Assembly: GCA_963695855.1 (NCBI GenBank)
Contig: CAVOHZ010000010.1
Span: forward strand, 320,001-384,000
Origin: an uncultured Nitrososphaerales archaeon
GTDB lineage: Archaea; Thermoproteota; Nitrososphaeria; Nitrososphaerales; Nitrososphaeraceae
DNA length: 64,000 nt
Direction: 5' to 3'
Every line of letters starts with the position of its first letter. Within the stretch, counting starts at the first letter, position 1. This document shows positions 1 through 10,150 of the stretch, in pieces. Made by a program: the position numbers and the translations under genes. A model generated the notes under the pieces. That model saw nothing but the letters and a program-made list of their open reading frames with translations, had not been told where the DNA came from and did no database searches.

Positions 1-14
1 GTATAAGAAAATCA

Positions 15-473
15 ATGAGTTTTGAAGGAAAACAACAGAAAGTTAGGCATAATGGCAGTAGAAAGAGATTCTCAATGTACATATCCATGCTATGGCCAGA
101 ACAGAATCTACTGTATGATTTCTATGACAGATCAAATTCCACAAATACGATACACCATCTTGAGAATCTCAAGATGTATGTAAAGCAAAATGGTTGGAAA
201 AGAATTGTACTTGTATGGGATAATGCATCATATCATATAAGCAAAATTACAAGAGAATATATCAATACACAGAAAGACTGGCTCACTGTAATACATCTTC
301 CAAAGAGGGCCCCATATCTCAATCCAAACGAGAGAAAAGTAAATCAATGTATAAAATCAGATGTATGTGCAAATAGATTCTATACCAATATAGAAGAACA
401 AAAAGATGCAATATCAGAATATCTGGATAATAGATTTGGAAGATGGCATTATGACATTCACAATGACACTTGA
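15..473 (+). mobile_element. IS630-family transposase, C-terminal DDE portion (5' part lies outside the window)
   Basis: IVLVWDNASYH and LPKRAPYLNPNER are the IS630 DDE motifs (DNAxxH ... P.ySPeLNPiE). Confidence 0.85.
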
Positions 474-501
474 CTTATTAATCATATTAAGAAGAAAAAG
501 T

Positions 502-633
502 ACGAACACAACTTGTTGTTACGGGTGTAATACCCCAATCTATTGGAATCCGGTAAAAGGAGAGTACTGAGAGTTATCAACCTAGAAGAGACACAAATGT
601 TTATATCTAGAAAAACAACAAATACACCACTAA
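502..633 (+). pseudogene. Degenerate Zn-ribbon microprotein (paralog of 15536..15667)
   Basis: Manual translation TTCCYGCNTPIYWNPVKGEY*ELST*KRHKCLYLEKQQIHH* has two in-frame stops and aligns with the intact copy at 15536..15667. Confidence 0.8.
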
Positions 634-760
634 TCAAGCAAGGACAAAGAATGTTCTACTACTGATTTTAGTGCTGGTATTAGCAATGTTGCTAGAGTAA
701 TAAATTAATTAATTACTAATATACTAAAAGAGAAAAAAAAGGTTTAGGTTTCTACCTATA

Positions 761-1435
761 TTACGCTGGCTCTACAATTATTCCCAAATCTTCCAAGCAT
801 TGTAGGATGATGTCTCGGTCCTGTTGAGATACACCTTGACTATTTAGTGTGGTGTTTAACAATTGCCATTTCTCGGTAGATGATATTGCTGTGGATGTCT
901 CTAGAAATTCACAAAGATCTGCAAGTGTATTTATATGTATTTCTTCTCCTGTAGCAGAATCAACAGTCTGATCAAAAATCATGAAGAAGCCTTCAAGATC
1001 TTCCTCACTTAGAATTGAAAAACAGTTTTCACATGCTTGATCCTCTTCTGGAGCACTAGTCTTTATCTGGTTGTTGTCATTCACATTTACACATTTATTT
1101 ACTAGGTTTCTATCGAAGTTTATTTTATCTCCAAATCCATTACCATTTTGTGTGTTTGCACCGTCTGTTGTTCCTTCATCTGCTGCTGCTGCTGTTGCAG
1201 TACCGTCTTGAGGTATCTGGGTAATATCTATACCATTTACGTTTATGTTACTGTTTACACACTTTATTTTCTGGATATCTGCATGAGAACTCTTTGAATC
1301 TTTTTTATCATAACTATATCTATTGTCGTCTTGGTAATAGTTATTGTCGTACCTGTACTGATTGTCGTACATTTGCGCCTGTGCATTTCCTATCATTGAT
1401 GGATTTAGAGCCAGTAGACCAGCGGCTACTATCAC
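761..1435 (-). CDS. Secreted Cys-containing protein of a lineage-expanded family (IQKIKCVNSNINVNGIDIT motif, helical CxxCF C-terminal domain)
   Basis: Hydrophobic N-terminus ending AQA-Q, a Tyr/Asp-rich tract, and motifs shared with the paralogs at 9329, 14692 and 15989. Confidence 0.75.
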   Translation of the reverse strand: MIVAAGLLALNPSMIGNAQAQMYDNQYRYDNNYYQDDNRYSYDKKDSKSSHADIQKIKCVNSNINVNGIDITQIPQDGTATAAAADEGTTDGANTQNGNGFGDKINFDRNLVNKCVNVNDNNQIKTSAPEEDQACENCFSILSEEDLEGFFMIFDQTVDSATGEEIHINTLADLCEFLETSTAISSTEKWQLLNTTLNSQGVSQQDRDIILQCLEDLGIIVEPA

Positions 1436-1499
1436 GGTGATAGAAACCAGAACTGTCTTTGTCTGATGGGTAATTACACTGTTAAATACGAATTTAATA

Positions 1500-1606
1500 T
1501 ATCCAAGGTTAGAAGGAAGATTATCTAATCTTGTAATATTTTATCATGCTGAATTATTGACTATAAGAAGAGATAGAAAATGATGTTTAGGTAGAAAGAG
1601 AAATCC
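1500..1606 (-). promoter_or_regulatory. Conserved upstream block of the secreted-protein family
   Basis: The reverse complement matches 15858-15965 and, in part, 9210-9290 (core aatattacaagattagata.tgttccttctaacc). Confidence 0.7.
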
Positions 1607-1705
1607 TAGTACTGCAGCAAGTAACTAAAAATATTTATCCTAACCCTCTCTTATTTCAATCGTTGTTATGTTAGGGGAACCAGAAAACTAAATAGTCTTC
1701 ATAAA

Positions 1706-1885
1706 GTGGACCAGGTTAGGGTTATTCAATTAAACGAACAGACATACCAGAGATTAAGGAATCATTTTAATGAATTTCACTGCGGACCAGAAGACTTACG
1801 CAATAATAAAGTTACTACCTATGACGACATAATTATCAAGATATTAGACTTCGAAGAAAAAAATCGAGATAAGTCTTATTATTAG
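1706..1885 (+). CDS. 59-aa RHH/antitoxin-like small DNA-binding protein (below the ORF-track cutoff)
   Basis: GTG start; VDQVRVIQLNEQTYQRLRNH...TYDDIIIKILDFEEKNRDKSYY*, a paralog of 2864..3061. Confidence 0.6.
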   Translation: MDQVRVIQLNEQTYQRLRNHFNEFHCGPEDLRNNKVTTYDDIIIKILDFEEKNRDKSYY

Positions 1886-2249
1886 TTACCAAAAAAGTTC
1901 TCTATCCTTGAACACTTAAATACGAACACTTAAATAACTGTAATGGTATATTATAATTAACACTAAAATCTCTATAATGTATTTTTGCGGCACTAACCTT
2001 ATTAAATCTAATGCAGAGAGAAAAAAAGAAGTATATGACATAACCTATGGAGAATCTTCACGCCCATTTAGTGGATAACTTTCACGAACAAAATAATTGT
2101 AAGTGTTATAACAGTAGTAAATAAATAAAAAGTAGGTTATAACGTATAACCTTTGTAGTTTTTATTATCCGGTTTCTCTAATGTAGGAACCTTGACGATA
2201 TTATCAGAAGACTACTGGATTTTTATGATAGTAAGGGGAAATCACAGAA

Positions 2250-2738
2250 ATGACTACTAGAGACGACGACAATAATAACAATAACGATGAAGAACGTAAG
2301 GTAATTCTGGATGAAGAAGGTCAGGTAATAATTCTGGACCCTAAGCGTAATAAGATAATTGAATTTGTATTCGAACAGGGCGGTAAGGAAGGTAGTAGAA
2401 GAATATACATTGATGAAAAATGTCGTTGGTATTGTATAGCCGCTTCTCTGAAAGATGCGAAAGAAGGTAGGGGTAAATTCTATAAATATACTGATTTAGG
2501 CAGAAAATTATTGTTGGAAGTTTTCGCTGAATTAGATAAAACAGGTCATTTTAATGATAAAGCGATCTATAAATATACTGATTTAGGCAGAAAATTATTG
2601 TTGGAAGTTTTCGCTGAATTAGATAAAACAGGTCATTTTAATGATAAAGCGATAGAAGGAGATTACTTTTCTGATATTGTGGTTAGAAAGTGTATTGATA
2701 TGATCAAAATCAAAAAGGACCTATCAGATCTTAAATAA
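2250..2738 (+). CDS. Hypothetical protein with a perfect internal 29-aa duplication
   Basis: ORF track; YKYTDLGRKLLLEVFAELDKTGHFNDKAI occurs twice. Confidence 0.6.
   Translation: MTTRDDDNNNNNDEERKVILDEEGQVIILDPKRNKIIEFVFEQGGKEGSRRIYIDEKCRWYCIAASLKDAKEGRGKFYKYTDLGRKLLLEVFAELDKTGHFNDKAIYKYTDLGRKLLLEVFAELDKTGHFNDKAIEGDYFSDIVVRKCIDMIKIKKDLSDLK
2479..2653 (+). repeat. Perfect 87-bp tandem duplication
   Basis: Two identical in-frame units starting at 2479 and 2566. Confidence 0.95.
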
Positions 2739-2863
2739 AATTTCAATTTTATTAAATATTTAATATTTTTTTATATGCAATATAATTTTTTAAATAGACT
2801 TTTATTCTAATCTTCTTTTATTTTCTTTGTATGGATGGTGGTGGTCCGTTACGTGGTGGCTGA

Positions 2864-3061
2864 TTGGGTAGAGTTGTAGGGGAAACAAAAGAAGGGAAAT
2901 TAATTCAGATAGAAAATGAGACTTTTGAAAGGTTAAAACAACATAACCGACATTATAATCATGATGATGGGAATGTTAGTTCATTTGACGATATTATTGT
3001 TAGAATGCTAGATTTCTACGAAGAGAATGAGAAAAATAATGAAAGATGTTATTATTTATGA
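2864..3061 (+). CDS. RHH/antitoxin-like small DNA-binding protein
   Basis: IQIENETFERLK...SFDDIIVRMLD pattern typical of archaeal RHH-like proteins. Confidence 0.6.
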   Translation: MGRVVGETKEGKLIQIENETFERLKQHNRHYNHDDGNVSSFDDIIVRMLDFYEENEKNNERCYYL

Positions 3062-3197
3062 TTATTATTATATCCATTATTCAATATCTTGAAAGGATTG
3101 AGACAGTAGAAAATTTTATTTAGGACAAAAATGGAAACTAAAAAATAGAAATAAGAATAGTCAAAATCTTTTTTACAGAGGTGACTATTCTTATCTT

Positions 3198-3530
3198 ATG
3201 GGTAAGATATTAGAAAGTTATTTAACACGAAATAAAAAGGCATTGTCAGGTATCTTTTCAGTAGTTATACTAACAATTTTTTTGGCTCCGAAAAGTTATA
3301 GTCAAGACTGGTCAAATGATGCAAGAAAAGCACAAACATCATTAGTAGACCAGATGAAATATCTATGTATAAAGCTGGATGAACTTTATTCAGAACTTGA
3401 TCCGGATGAACTTAAAGAGGAATTGGAGGAAAAGGAGGAAAAGGATATAAAACAAAAAGCAGAATGTGATAATATATTGAAATCTGTAGATTCTTTTGAA
3501 AAGAAAGCAATACTCAAGAAATACGAATAG
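3198..3530 (+). CDS. Hypothetical membrane-anchored or secreted protein
   Basis: N-terminal hydrophobic segment followed by a charged helical body. Confidence 0.5.
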   Translation: MGKILESYLTRNKKALSGIFSVVILTIFLAPKSYSQDWSNDARKAQTSLVDQMKYLCIKLDELYSELDPDELKEELEEKEEKDIKQKAECDNILKSVDSFEKKAILKKYE

Positions 3531-3623
3531 GCGATTAGATTTGCATTCCTACATTTGCAAGCGCTGTCTTTTCTACAAAGCGTTGGATAACTCTTCCGTC
3601 TAGAACGACTGTTATATTATTAA

Positions 3624-3824
3624 TTATTTTGGATTTACGATGTTTACTGTTACTTGGGGATCTGATGATATCTCTAGATAATAAATTCGATTATCTGAAC
3701 CTTGTCCTGAATAGCGATTATCGTTATTCTCGTCTTTGATAAATTGGATTTTGTTGCCGTTTCTGTCTTTAAGACTTGCTAATGCCGCAGATAGAGACAT
3801 TGTTGTTCCTTTTACTGGAATCAT
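3624..3824 (-). CDS. Hypothetical small protein
   Basis: Start overlaps the stop of 3821..4282 (ATGA coupling). Confidence 0.45.
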   Translation of the reverse strand: MIPVKGTTMSLSAALASLKDRNGNKIQFIKDENNDNRYSGQGSDNRIYYLEISSDPQVTVNIVNPK

Positions 3825-4282
3825 TTTATTTCGTTTAACACCTCCTCTTTAGTTATTAGGCTACGTAACCATCCTTGGACTTGTCGTGATAGTGTTCGAC
3901 TTGATAATTTGCACTTGCATCCTTTGTGATGAGATATTTCGAAAATTGATTGTCGTTGTTTCATTATTCTTTTTGAGGAACACAAGGCAATTACTATTGA
4001 TACCGAGAGAAGTAAAATTACAAAAACTATACCTCCAGGTATCTCATTTGTCGTATACCATTTAATTAAGATTCCATGTACTATAATCCACAGGATTATT
4101 TGTCCAATTATTGCTAAAAGCATTGCAATTTTAATTGCAACCGTATTTCTAGCAAAATGAAACCAACATCCTATTAATAGCATGCCTAACACCCATAATC
4201 CAATAGACGATACATATCTATCACTATTTCCAAATTCGTGGTATTGGGTTTTTCCTTCTGGATCAGTATATTCCTCATTCAA
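3821..4282 (-). CDS. Hypothetical membrane protein (3 TM)
   Basis: Three hydrophobic stretches. Confidence 0.5.
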   Translation of the reverse strand: MNEEYTDPEGKTQYHEFGNSDRYVSSIGLWVLGMLLIGCWFHFARNTVAIKIAMLLAIIGQIILWIIVHGILIKWYTTNEIPGGIVFVILLLSVSIVIALCSSKRIMKQRQSIFEISHHKGCKCKLSSRTLSRQVQGWLRSLITKEEVLNEIK

Positions 4283-4319
4283 TAGATAAGACTAATAATA
4301 ACAGAAATACGCCAATTTT

Positions 4320-5073
4320 TTGTTATTATTACCCGGGGTTTTTTGGTATTTCAAATCAAAATTAAAGGTATCTCTAGGAGACCATGAATATCATGAAACA
4401 ACTGGCGGTATACAAGGAGTTTTAGAAAATTATTTGAAACCACTAAACATACAAAAAACGTACTATTCTTTCGATATGAATAAAGTTCACATCATTGCAA
4501 TGGATCCGTATATTGATTATGGTACTAATTCTGATCAATATCAATTTATTGAATCTGATTTAAAAAAAGTATCTCAGAATACAAAAATAGATTGGATATT
4601 TGTTATAGAACATATCCCAATGTATACATCACCTTCTGAACATCCTGCTAATATAAAGATTAGAGACACATATCATAATTTATTCGATAAATACAAAGTC
4701 GATCTGATATTTAGTGGCGATAATCATAACTACCAAAGAACTTTTCCGTTAGAATAAAACAAAAAAAATAGTGCAAATCGTATAATCTCCAATAAAAATT
4801 TAAACAGCTATCATGATTACGACGGAGAAATTTATATAATAACTGGAACAGCTGGCAAAAATCATTATTATATTCAATAGCAGGCAGATTTTGTAGCTAA
4901 GGAAGATGATCAAAATTTTGGTTTCTTGAATATCGATATAAACTCGGATAAAACATTAACTGCCACTTTCTATGCAAATGAGGATACTAATTATCAATAA
5001 TAATAAAAATGATAAAAATGATACAAATAACATTAACGTAATAGATAGATTCGCTATTTCGAAGATGACTTGA
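4320..5073 (+). pseudogene. Calcineurin-like metallophosphoesterase (purple-acid-phosphatase-like) pseudogene
   Basis: LGDHE, YYSFD, HIPMY and VDLIFSGDNHNYQRT motifs; after the stop at 4757 homology continues (IYIITGTAG ... FGFLNIDI) through more stops; the N-terminus is missing. Confidence 0.8.
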
Positions 5074-5150
5074 TTTCGAATTAATTCATCTGCTTTCAAA
5101 AACCATATCTTACTAATATTACTCTTAACACTGGCAAAATGAATCTGAAA

Positions 5151-6107
5151 TTATGGTGGTTGTATCTCTCTTACACTCAAATTTCTAAAATCAACCAAGA
5201 CATTATCCCATCTAAAAGTTGCAGTGGGGGAACCCCATGTAATTATTTGATCTTCTTTCCCTTGACATTTATTGCCATCTTTACCCCATCCTCCAATATC
5301 ACGATCTTCCGCAATTTTATACCATGTATTGTTGAGATAGGGATCAAGCCAATTCTCAAGTTTTACTGTGCCATCTTTGAGGTTATAGATGACACCTTTA
5401 AACCTAAACCAATTATCTTTTAAATCACCAAAAGGATGGGAAATTTTTGGTTTTTTCCATGGTTTTGCATGAACTAGTTCTTTATTTAAGTTACTTGTTC
5501 CATCAAAATAGATTTTAAGCTTATAGCTTGATCCACCACATCCATTGTTTATTAGAGAATGGTCCTCGGATATAGCATAATGAGTTGTACCTGGACCTGT
5601 GCCATTTTTATATAAATATTCACCAGTAATTTCTACATTCTTCCAGTCTGAAGGTTTATACCAATAGCCTTTTTTTGAGAGCTCTGTAAAGTTATAAGTT
5701 TCCATATTTTCTTTTGGATAACCTATTCCACCTTTGGAATATACTCCCATTCTGGATCTTTCACCTATGCTAAAGCTTCCATCTTCGTTCTTTACAATAC
5801 TCTTATAATTATGCATATATGGATCTGATTCTGGATCATAATTATTCATAAACCATTCAAAACCATTTTTTTTAGTAGGATAGATTTCTTTTATGCCAAA
5901 TTTATCCACATGACTAAAACTTTTTCCCTTATCTTCTATTTTCATTATATGAAGACCCGGATTTTCTTGGCTTGCAGATTTTGGATCTTCATATTTATTC
6001 TGTTGTGAAAATACCAAATTCTCCTTTACCAAATAAGTAGTAGCTATTAACAGAAAAAACGAAAAAAGTATTATAAAGCTAATTTTTATCATTTTTTCCT
6101 TTTTCAT
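5151..6107 (-). CDS. Secreted beta-sandwich / carbohydrate-binding-like protein typical of Nitrososphaeraceae
   Basis: Signal peptide; DKFGIKEIYPTK, DWKNVEITG and ITWGSPTATFRWD...SVREIQ motifs. Confidence 0.65.
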   Translation of the reverse strand: MKKEKMIKISFIILFSFFLLIATTYLVKENLVFSQQNKYEDPKSASQENPGLHIMKIEDKGKSFSHVDKFGIKEIYPTKKNGFEWFMNNYDPESDPYMHNYKSIVKNEDGSFSIGERSRMGVYSKGGIGYPKENMETYNFTELSKKGYWYKPSDWKNVEITGEYLYKNGTGPGTTHYAISEDHSLINNGCGGSSYKLKIYFDGTSNLNKELVHAKPWKKPKISHPFGDLKDNWFRFKGVIYNLKDGTVKLENWLDPYLNNTWYKIAEDRDIGGWGKDGNKCQGKEDQIITWGSPTATFRWDNVLVDFRNLSVREIQPP

Positions 6108-6146
6108 AAATACAATACCTCTATAGATTAGAAAAAGGATTTCAGG

Positions 6147-7273
6147 TATACCAATTAGCCTATATTTTCTAATCAGATTTTATTATTATCATATTTGATA
6201 AAGAGTAAAAGCTATCTGTAATCGTGTTTATTTCGTAGCGTAACTACTTGTATTCCAAAACTGAATTGATTAGATTATACAAGAAGGAAACAAATCTCAA
6301 GGTAAAGGAAAGAATTCTACTTGTAATAAAGGTAGAATACGGTAATGTCATTCCTGCTTATGCTGCTGATGAACTACACAGAAGTAGACCATGGGCATTA
6401 TACTGGTTGGATAGATTCTCTGAAGAAGGTATAGAAGGATTAAAAAATAGATCAAAAAGTGGTAGACCATCAGACGTACCAGAACAGACAATATACGAGA
6501 TAAAAAACGAATTATCATCGGGCAAACAAGGATGGACTACAAAACAGGTAGAAGATCTGATTGTGATAAAGAGTGGAATCAGATATCATTATACTCACAT
6601 ATACAGACTCATGCACAAGGGGGATTCAAACAGAAGGTACCAAGAAAAGTACATGTAAACACTGCATCAAAAGAAGAGAAAGAAGATTTTAAAAAAGAGC
6701 CACAAAGATACTGGATAATCTCTACTAGCAGCAGGAAGGATTCACGGTAGTATCTACGGATGAATCATTCTTCTTCTATGATACTTGTAAGAAGAGTATG
6801 GATAAAGCATGACGAACGACCTGTAGTCAGAATTACTGGATCCCATCAGGAGTCAGTCTTATTTGGTGTCACAAGTTTAGAAGGAAATTAGTTATTCAGA
6901 CAGTATGACTGGTTTGATGAAAATACCTTTTTAGACTACCTAAAACAGATTCATAGAAAGTTTCCAAAATGTTATCTGTTTCTGGATAAAGCAAAACAAC
7001 ATTACAGATCGAAAAAGGTACTGAAATATTTTGCTGACAATAAAGATAGTTTGATTCCAGTATATCTTCCAACTGCATCTCCTGAATTTATGGTGCTGGA
7101 AGAGATATGGCATATAGCCAAAAATGATCTGCTTGTTCTACAATATTATTCGTCATTTACTGATTTTAAAAATAAAATATCATTATATTTTAGAACAAAA
7201 AGATTTCATCTTGATATGAGAAACTATTTACTTGCTAAAATTGACAATTAGAAAACATAAGCTAGTTGGTATA
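6147..7273 (+). mobile_element. Complete IS630-family insertion sequence with 27-bp imperfect terminal inverted repeats, TA ends and a frameshifted transposase
   Basis: Left end tataccaattagcctatattttctaat (6147-6173) versus reverse-complemented right end tataccaactagcttatgttttctaat (7247-7273), 24/27 identical; HTH ORF 6248..6658; DES, LDKAKQH and LPTASPEF DDE segments; TTTAAAAAAG slippery site near 6688. Confidence 0.9.
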
Positions 7274-7586
7274 AGTATATGCGTAACTACAATAAACTCT
7301 TGATTAATCTTTTATCTATCTTTTTCCAATAATTTTTGCCTTTATTAAAGCAATTATTATGATGAGTCATTATTAAGAGATTTAGTATTTTGTCAAAGTC
7401 AGGATTATTAGATATGTAGGATTCGAATTCTTATTAGTTAGTATCATATCTAGTTGGTGGAGATTATAAATGACTGTGAAAACTTTTCAATTGATTTCTA
7501 GGAGCAAATGCTACTCTTGTTATCAAAACAAATTGGTGTATATTAAGAAGAGTTATATGGTCTGAACCCTTTATAATACAGACAAT

Positions 7587-7856
7587 TTGTCAAATCCTAA
7601 ACATTTTAGCAAAGAAGACGCCAAAAGAATAGGCGAGGTACTCGGGATTGACTGGAGTAAATTCGATGTAGAGCAGTTTAGAATGGGTTTAGGTGTGGAA
7701 TTAGAACATGGAATAAGAGACGAACACACGGATGTTACTCATGACGACGAGATTGTGACTGGTAAAATCGCACTTGCACATTTGAATGAATTTCCAGATT
7801 ATTATTTAAGATTAAAAAAGATGGAAGATGAAGCAAACGAATTTTACAACAAATAA
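7587..7856 (+). CDS. DUF5661-like small protein
   Basis: EQFRMGLGVELEH...KIALAHLNEFPDYYLRLKKME signature. Confidence 0.75.
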   Translation: MSNPKHFSKEDAKRIGEVLGIDWSKFDVEQFRMGLGVELEHGIRDEHTDVTHDDEIVTGKIALAHLNEFPDYYLRLKKMEDEANEFYNK

Positions 7857-7910
7857 TTTTGTCCTATACTAACTAACATAAATTCGCATATCTACTGCAT
7901 GCAAGAAAAT

Positions 7911-8261
7911 CTAATTTTTACGCAGACATAACCAAGACATATATCTTAGGAATAATTCAGTAATACCTAGTCCAGTACTTTTGAGAATCCAGATACATTT
8001 ATCATACTGCAGATTATCTAAAACCGTTTTCTCATAATCAAATAAATCTTTGGAAATTCCATCCTTTTTAGGTAGGCCCAAGACGTGATTAAAACAGCAA
8101 TTACCATTACTTGTAATCTGTTCGTCATGATGTTCTACTGGGTCCCAAATGTAAAATGGTTTATCTTTGAATATCTCTAATCGGTTAGCCGTTTCGGCTA
8201 GCCCGTTGTTCTGTCGGTCCAGGGATAGTACGTTACTTGCTTGATTGAACCACTTGAGCAT
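7911..8261 (-). pseudogene. Truncated phage terminase large-subunit-like ATPase (N-terminal part only)
   Basis: CCFNHVLGLPKK...LFDYE...ILKSTGLGITE (deviant Walker A) resembles thaumarchaeal proviral terminases; ends about 15 aa after the P-loop. Confidence 0.65.
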
Positions 8262-8682
8262 GTTCTAGTTTAGCCTTTATCTGTGCAATTACTGGCGTTC
8301 CAAGAGATAGTTCCTGCAGTAGTTTAGCATTCTCTCTAATATCATATCGTAACTTCTGGATTAATTCTAAGTTTCTGTTTTCACGATTTTGTTCTATCAA
8401 GTAATCACGAATTGTATCCTTCTGTACCATTTCAACAACCTCAATTATTTGCTGGTGTTTGACTACAAAGCCCACCCTTGAAAAGTAGGACATCCATTGA
8501 TTGGCGTACTCTCCACTATCTACCTGTCTTTTTCTGCTGTAATATGCATCTGTACTAATCTCCTTTCCTAGTCTTGCCTTAATATAGGATAGGGCCTCTT
8601 TCTCACTAAATCCATAATTAACACAATCTGCAACTAACGGCATTAAAATCTGATTCTCTTTTGCTGTAAAACTTCCTCCCAC
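8233..8682 (-). CDS. Putative terminase small subunit / HTH coiled-coil protein
   Basis: N-terminal HTH-like segment (GFSEKEALSYI...ISTDAYY); overlaps the start of the terminase-like ORF. Confidence 0.5.
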   Translation of the reverse strand: MGGSFTAKENQILMPLVADCVNYGFSEKEALSYIKARLGKEISTDAYYSRKRQVDSGEYANQWMSYFSRVGFVVKHQQIIEVVEMVQKDTIRDYLIEQNRENRNLELIQKLRYDIRENAKLLQELSLGTPVIAQIKAKLEHAQVVQSSK

Positions 8683-9057
8683 TTTCTAATTAGACACCTC
8701 GTCCCAAATGATTATTACTGCTATTATCATAACCAACCGAGATACTTAACAATTATTGAAAAATTATTTCAGAAATTGAGATAAAATTGGCATGTTGTAT
8801 TGAAATGAATTTGATTAAGTGGGGCCAGAAGGGAATTGGTAGATTTACTACCGATAAATCTATTAAAAATAAGGGTATGAAGAGTCCTATTAAAATAGCA
8901 AGAATTAATTGGTATACAAATTTCACATTAATCTCTTTCTATATTTCAAAATCTAGGATTTAAGATTTTTTTTAAGATTTTACTGGGATTTTTTGTACGA
9001 GTAAGAACATAAATCACACAATATAAAATCTAGAACTATAAGGAAAAAATAGAAAAG

Positions 9058-9160
9058 TGGACACGTTGGACAGGGTGGACACCCCTCTATAAAGATTATA
9101 TAAAAAATGATATTGTTTTAAAAATATAAAAATAATATTTAGGGGTGTCCAGGGTGTCCA
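9058..9160. repeat. Facing 9-bp iteron arrays around an AT-rich spacer (ori-like)
   Basis: tggacacgt-tggacaggg-tggacaccc (9058-9084), then an AT-rich 54-bp spacer, then aggggtgtcca-gggtgtcca (9141-9160). Confidence 0.7.
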
Positions 9161-9328
9161 GAAATGTTTGATTGTTACAATATTTCATACTGTACTTGAA
9201 GATCAGTTGCTATTTTTCTTATATTCAATAATTTAGAATCTTGAAATATTACAAGATTAGATAGTGTTCCTTCTAACCATAGATATAATAAATTCGTATT
9301 TAACAATGTAATCGTATTTAACAATGTA

Positions 9329-10111
9329 ATGAGCAATAACAGAATGATAGTTTTTGCTTCTATACTGGGAGCAATACTGGCGACAAGTATGCTGGCTCTA
9401 AACCCATCAACAATTACAAGTGCAGGTGCACAAATGTACGGAGACCAGTACGGATATGATAGGAACTATTATCAAGACGACAATAGGTACGATAAAATAA
9501 ACTTCGACAGGAATCTTGTAAACATATATGTAAATGTGAATGACAACAAACAGATTCGTGTAACAGAACCAGAAACAGGTTCATTGACCGTGAATAAACA
9601 GGTGTTTGGCTGTAATAATATTGATACAGAGGTTGGGAGAATGAATTGTCAAACACTACAAGATGATGATTCAGGATGGCTTCCCTGTACCGATCCTATT
9701 GCATTCACCGATCCAAGATTCTGTACAAATTTACCAGCAAATCTATTTGATATAGAAGTATTAGATGATCAGAGTACACAACTACAACAGTTTGAAGGAA
9801 GTGCACAGGGAACAACAATTCAAAATCTACAACCAGGTACCTATATAGTAAACGAGATAAAAAATCTGAATAGTAATATCAACCAGTTAGAAGCGAATCC
9901 ACTCGCTCAAGGCCTGTGTGTTAGCCAGGGATTTGCTGGTGGTGGAACTCTAACTAACACAAATTCAAATCCTGACACAGATTATACGATATGTTTTGAA
10001 TACGTAGACGAAGCGGACAATGATTGCAGTACATTGACATTAGCAGCAGGGGAAAATAAACTATGTACGGTTAAAAACTATATTTCCGTAGGAGCGTTGG
10101 ACATAGACTAA
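9329..10111 (+). CDS. Secreted Cys-containing family protein with a beta-rich (Ig/prealbumin-like) C-terminal domain
   Basis: Signal peptide; DRNLVN.VNVNDN motif; LTVNK...PGTYIVNE...CTVKNY. Confidence 0.75.
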   Translation: MSNNRMIVFASILGAILATSMLALNPSTITSAGAQMYGDQYGYDRNYYQDDNRYDKINFDRNLVNIYVNVNDNKQIRVTEPETGSLTVNKQVFGCNNIDTEVGRMNCQTLQDDDSGWLPCTDPIAFTDPRFCTNLPANLFDIEVLDDQSTQLQQFEGSAQGTTIQNLQPGTYIVNEIKNLNSNINQLEANPLAQGLCVSQGFAGGGTLTNTNSNPDTDYTICFEYVDEADNDCSTLTLAAGENKLCTVKNYISVGALDID

Positions 10112-10150
10112 CTCTACATTTTTTTATTTTATTTTCTGACCTGGCTTAAT

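Noticed and set aside
8818-8842. gtggggccagaagggaattg resembling a reversed tRNA 3' end (att site)
   Set aside because: The T-loop match is incomplete and the stem register is ambiguous; too short to support.
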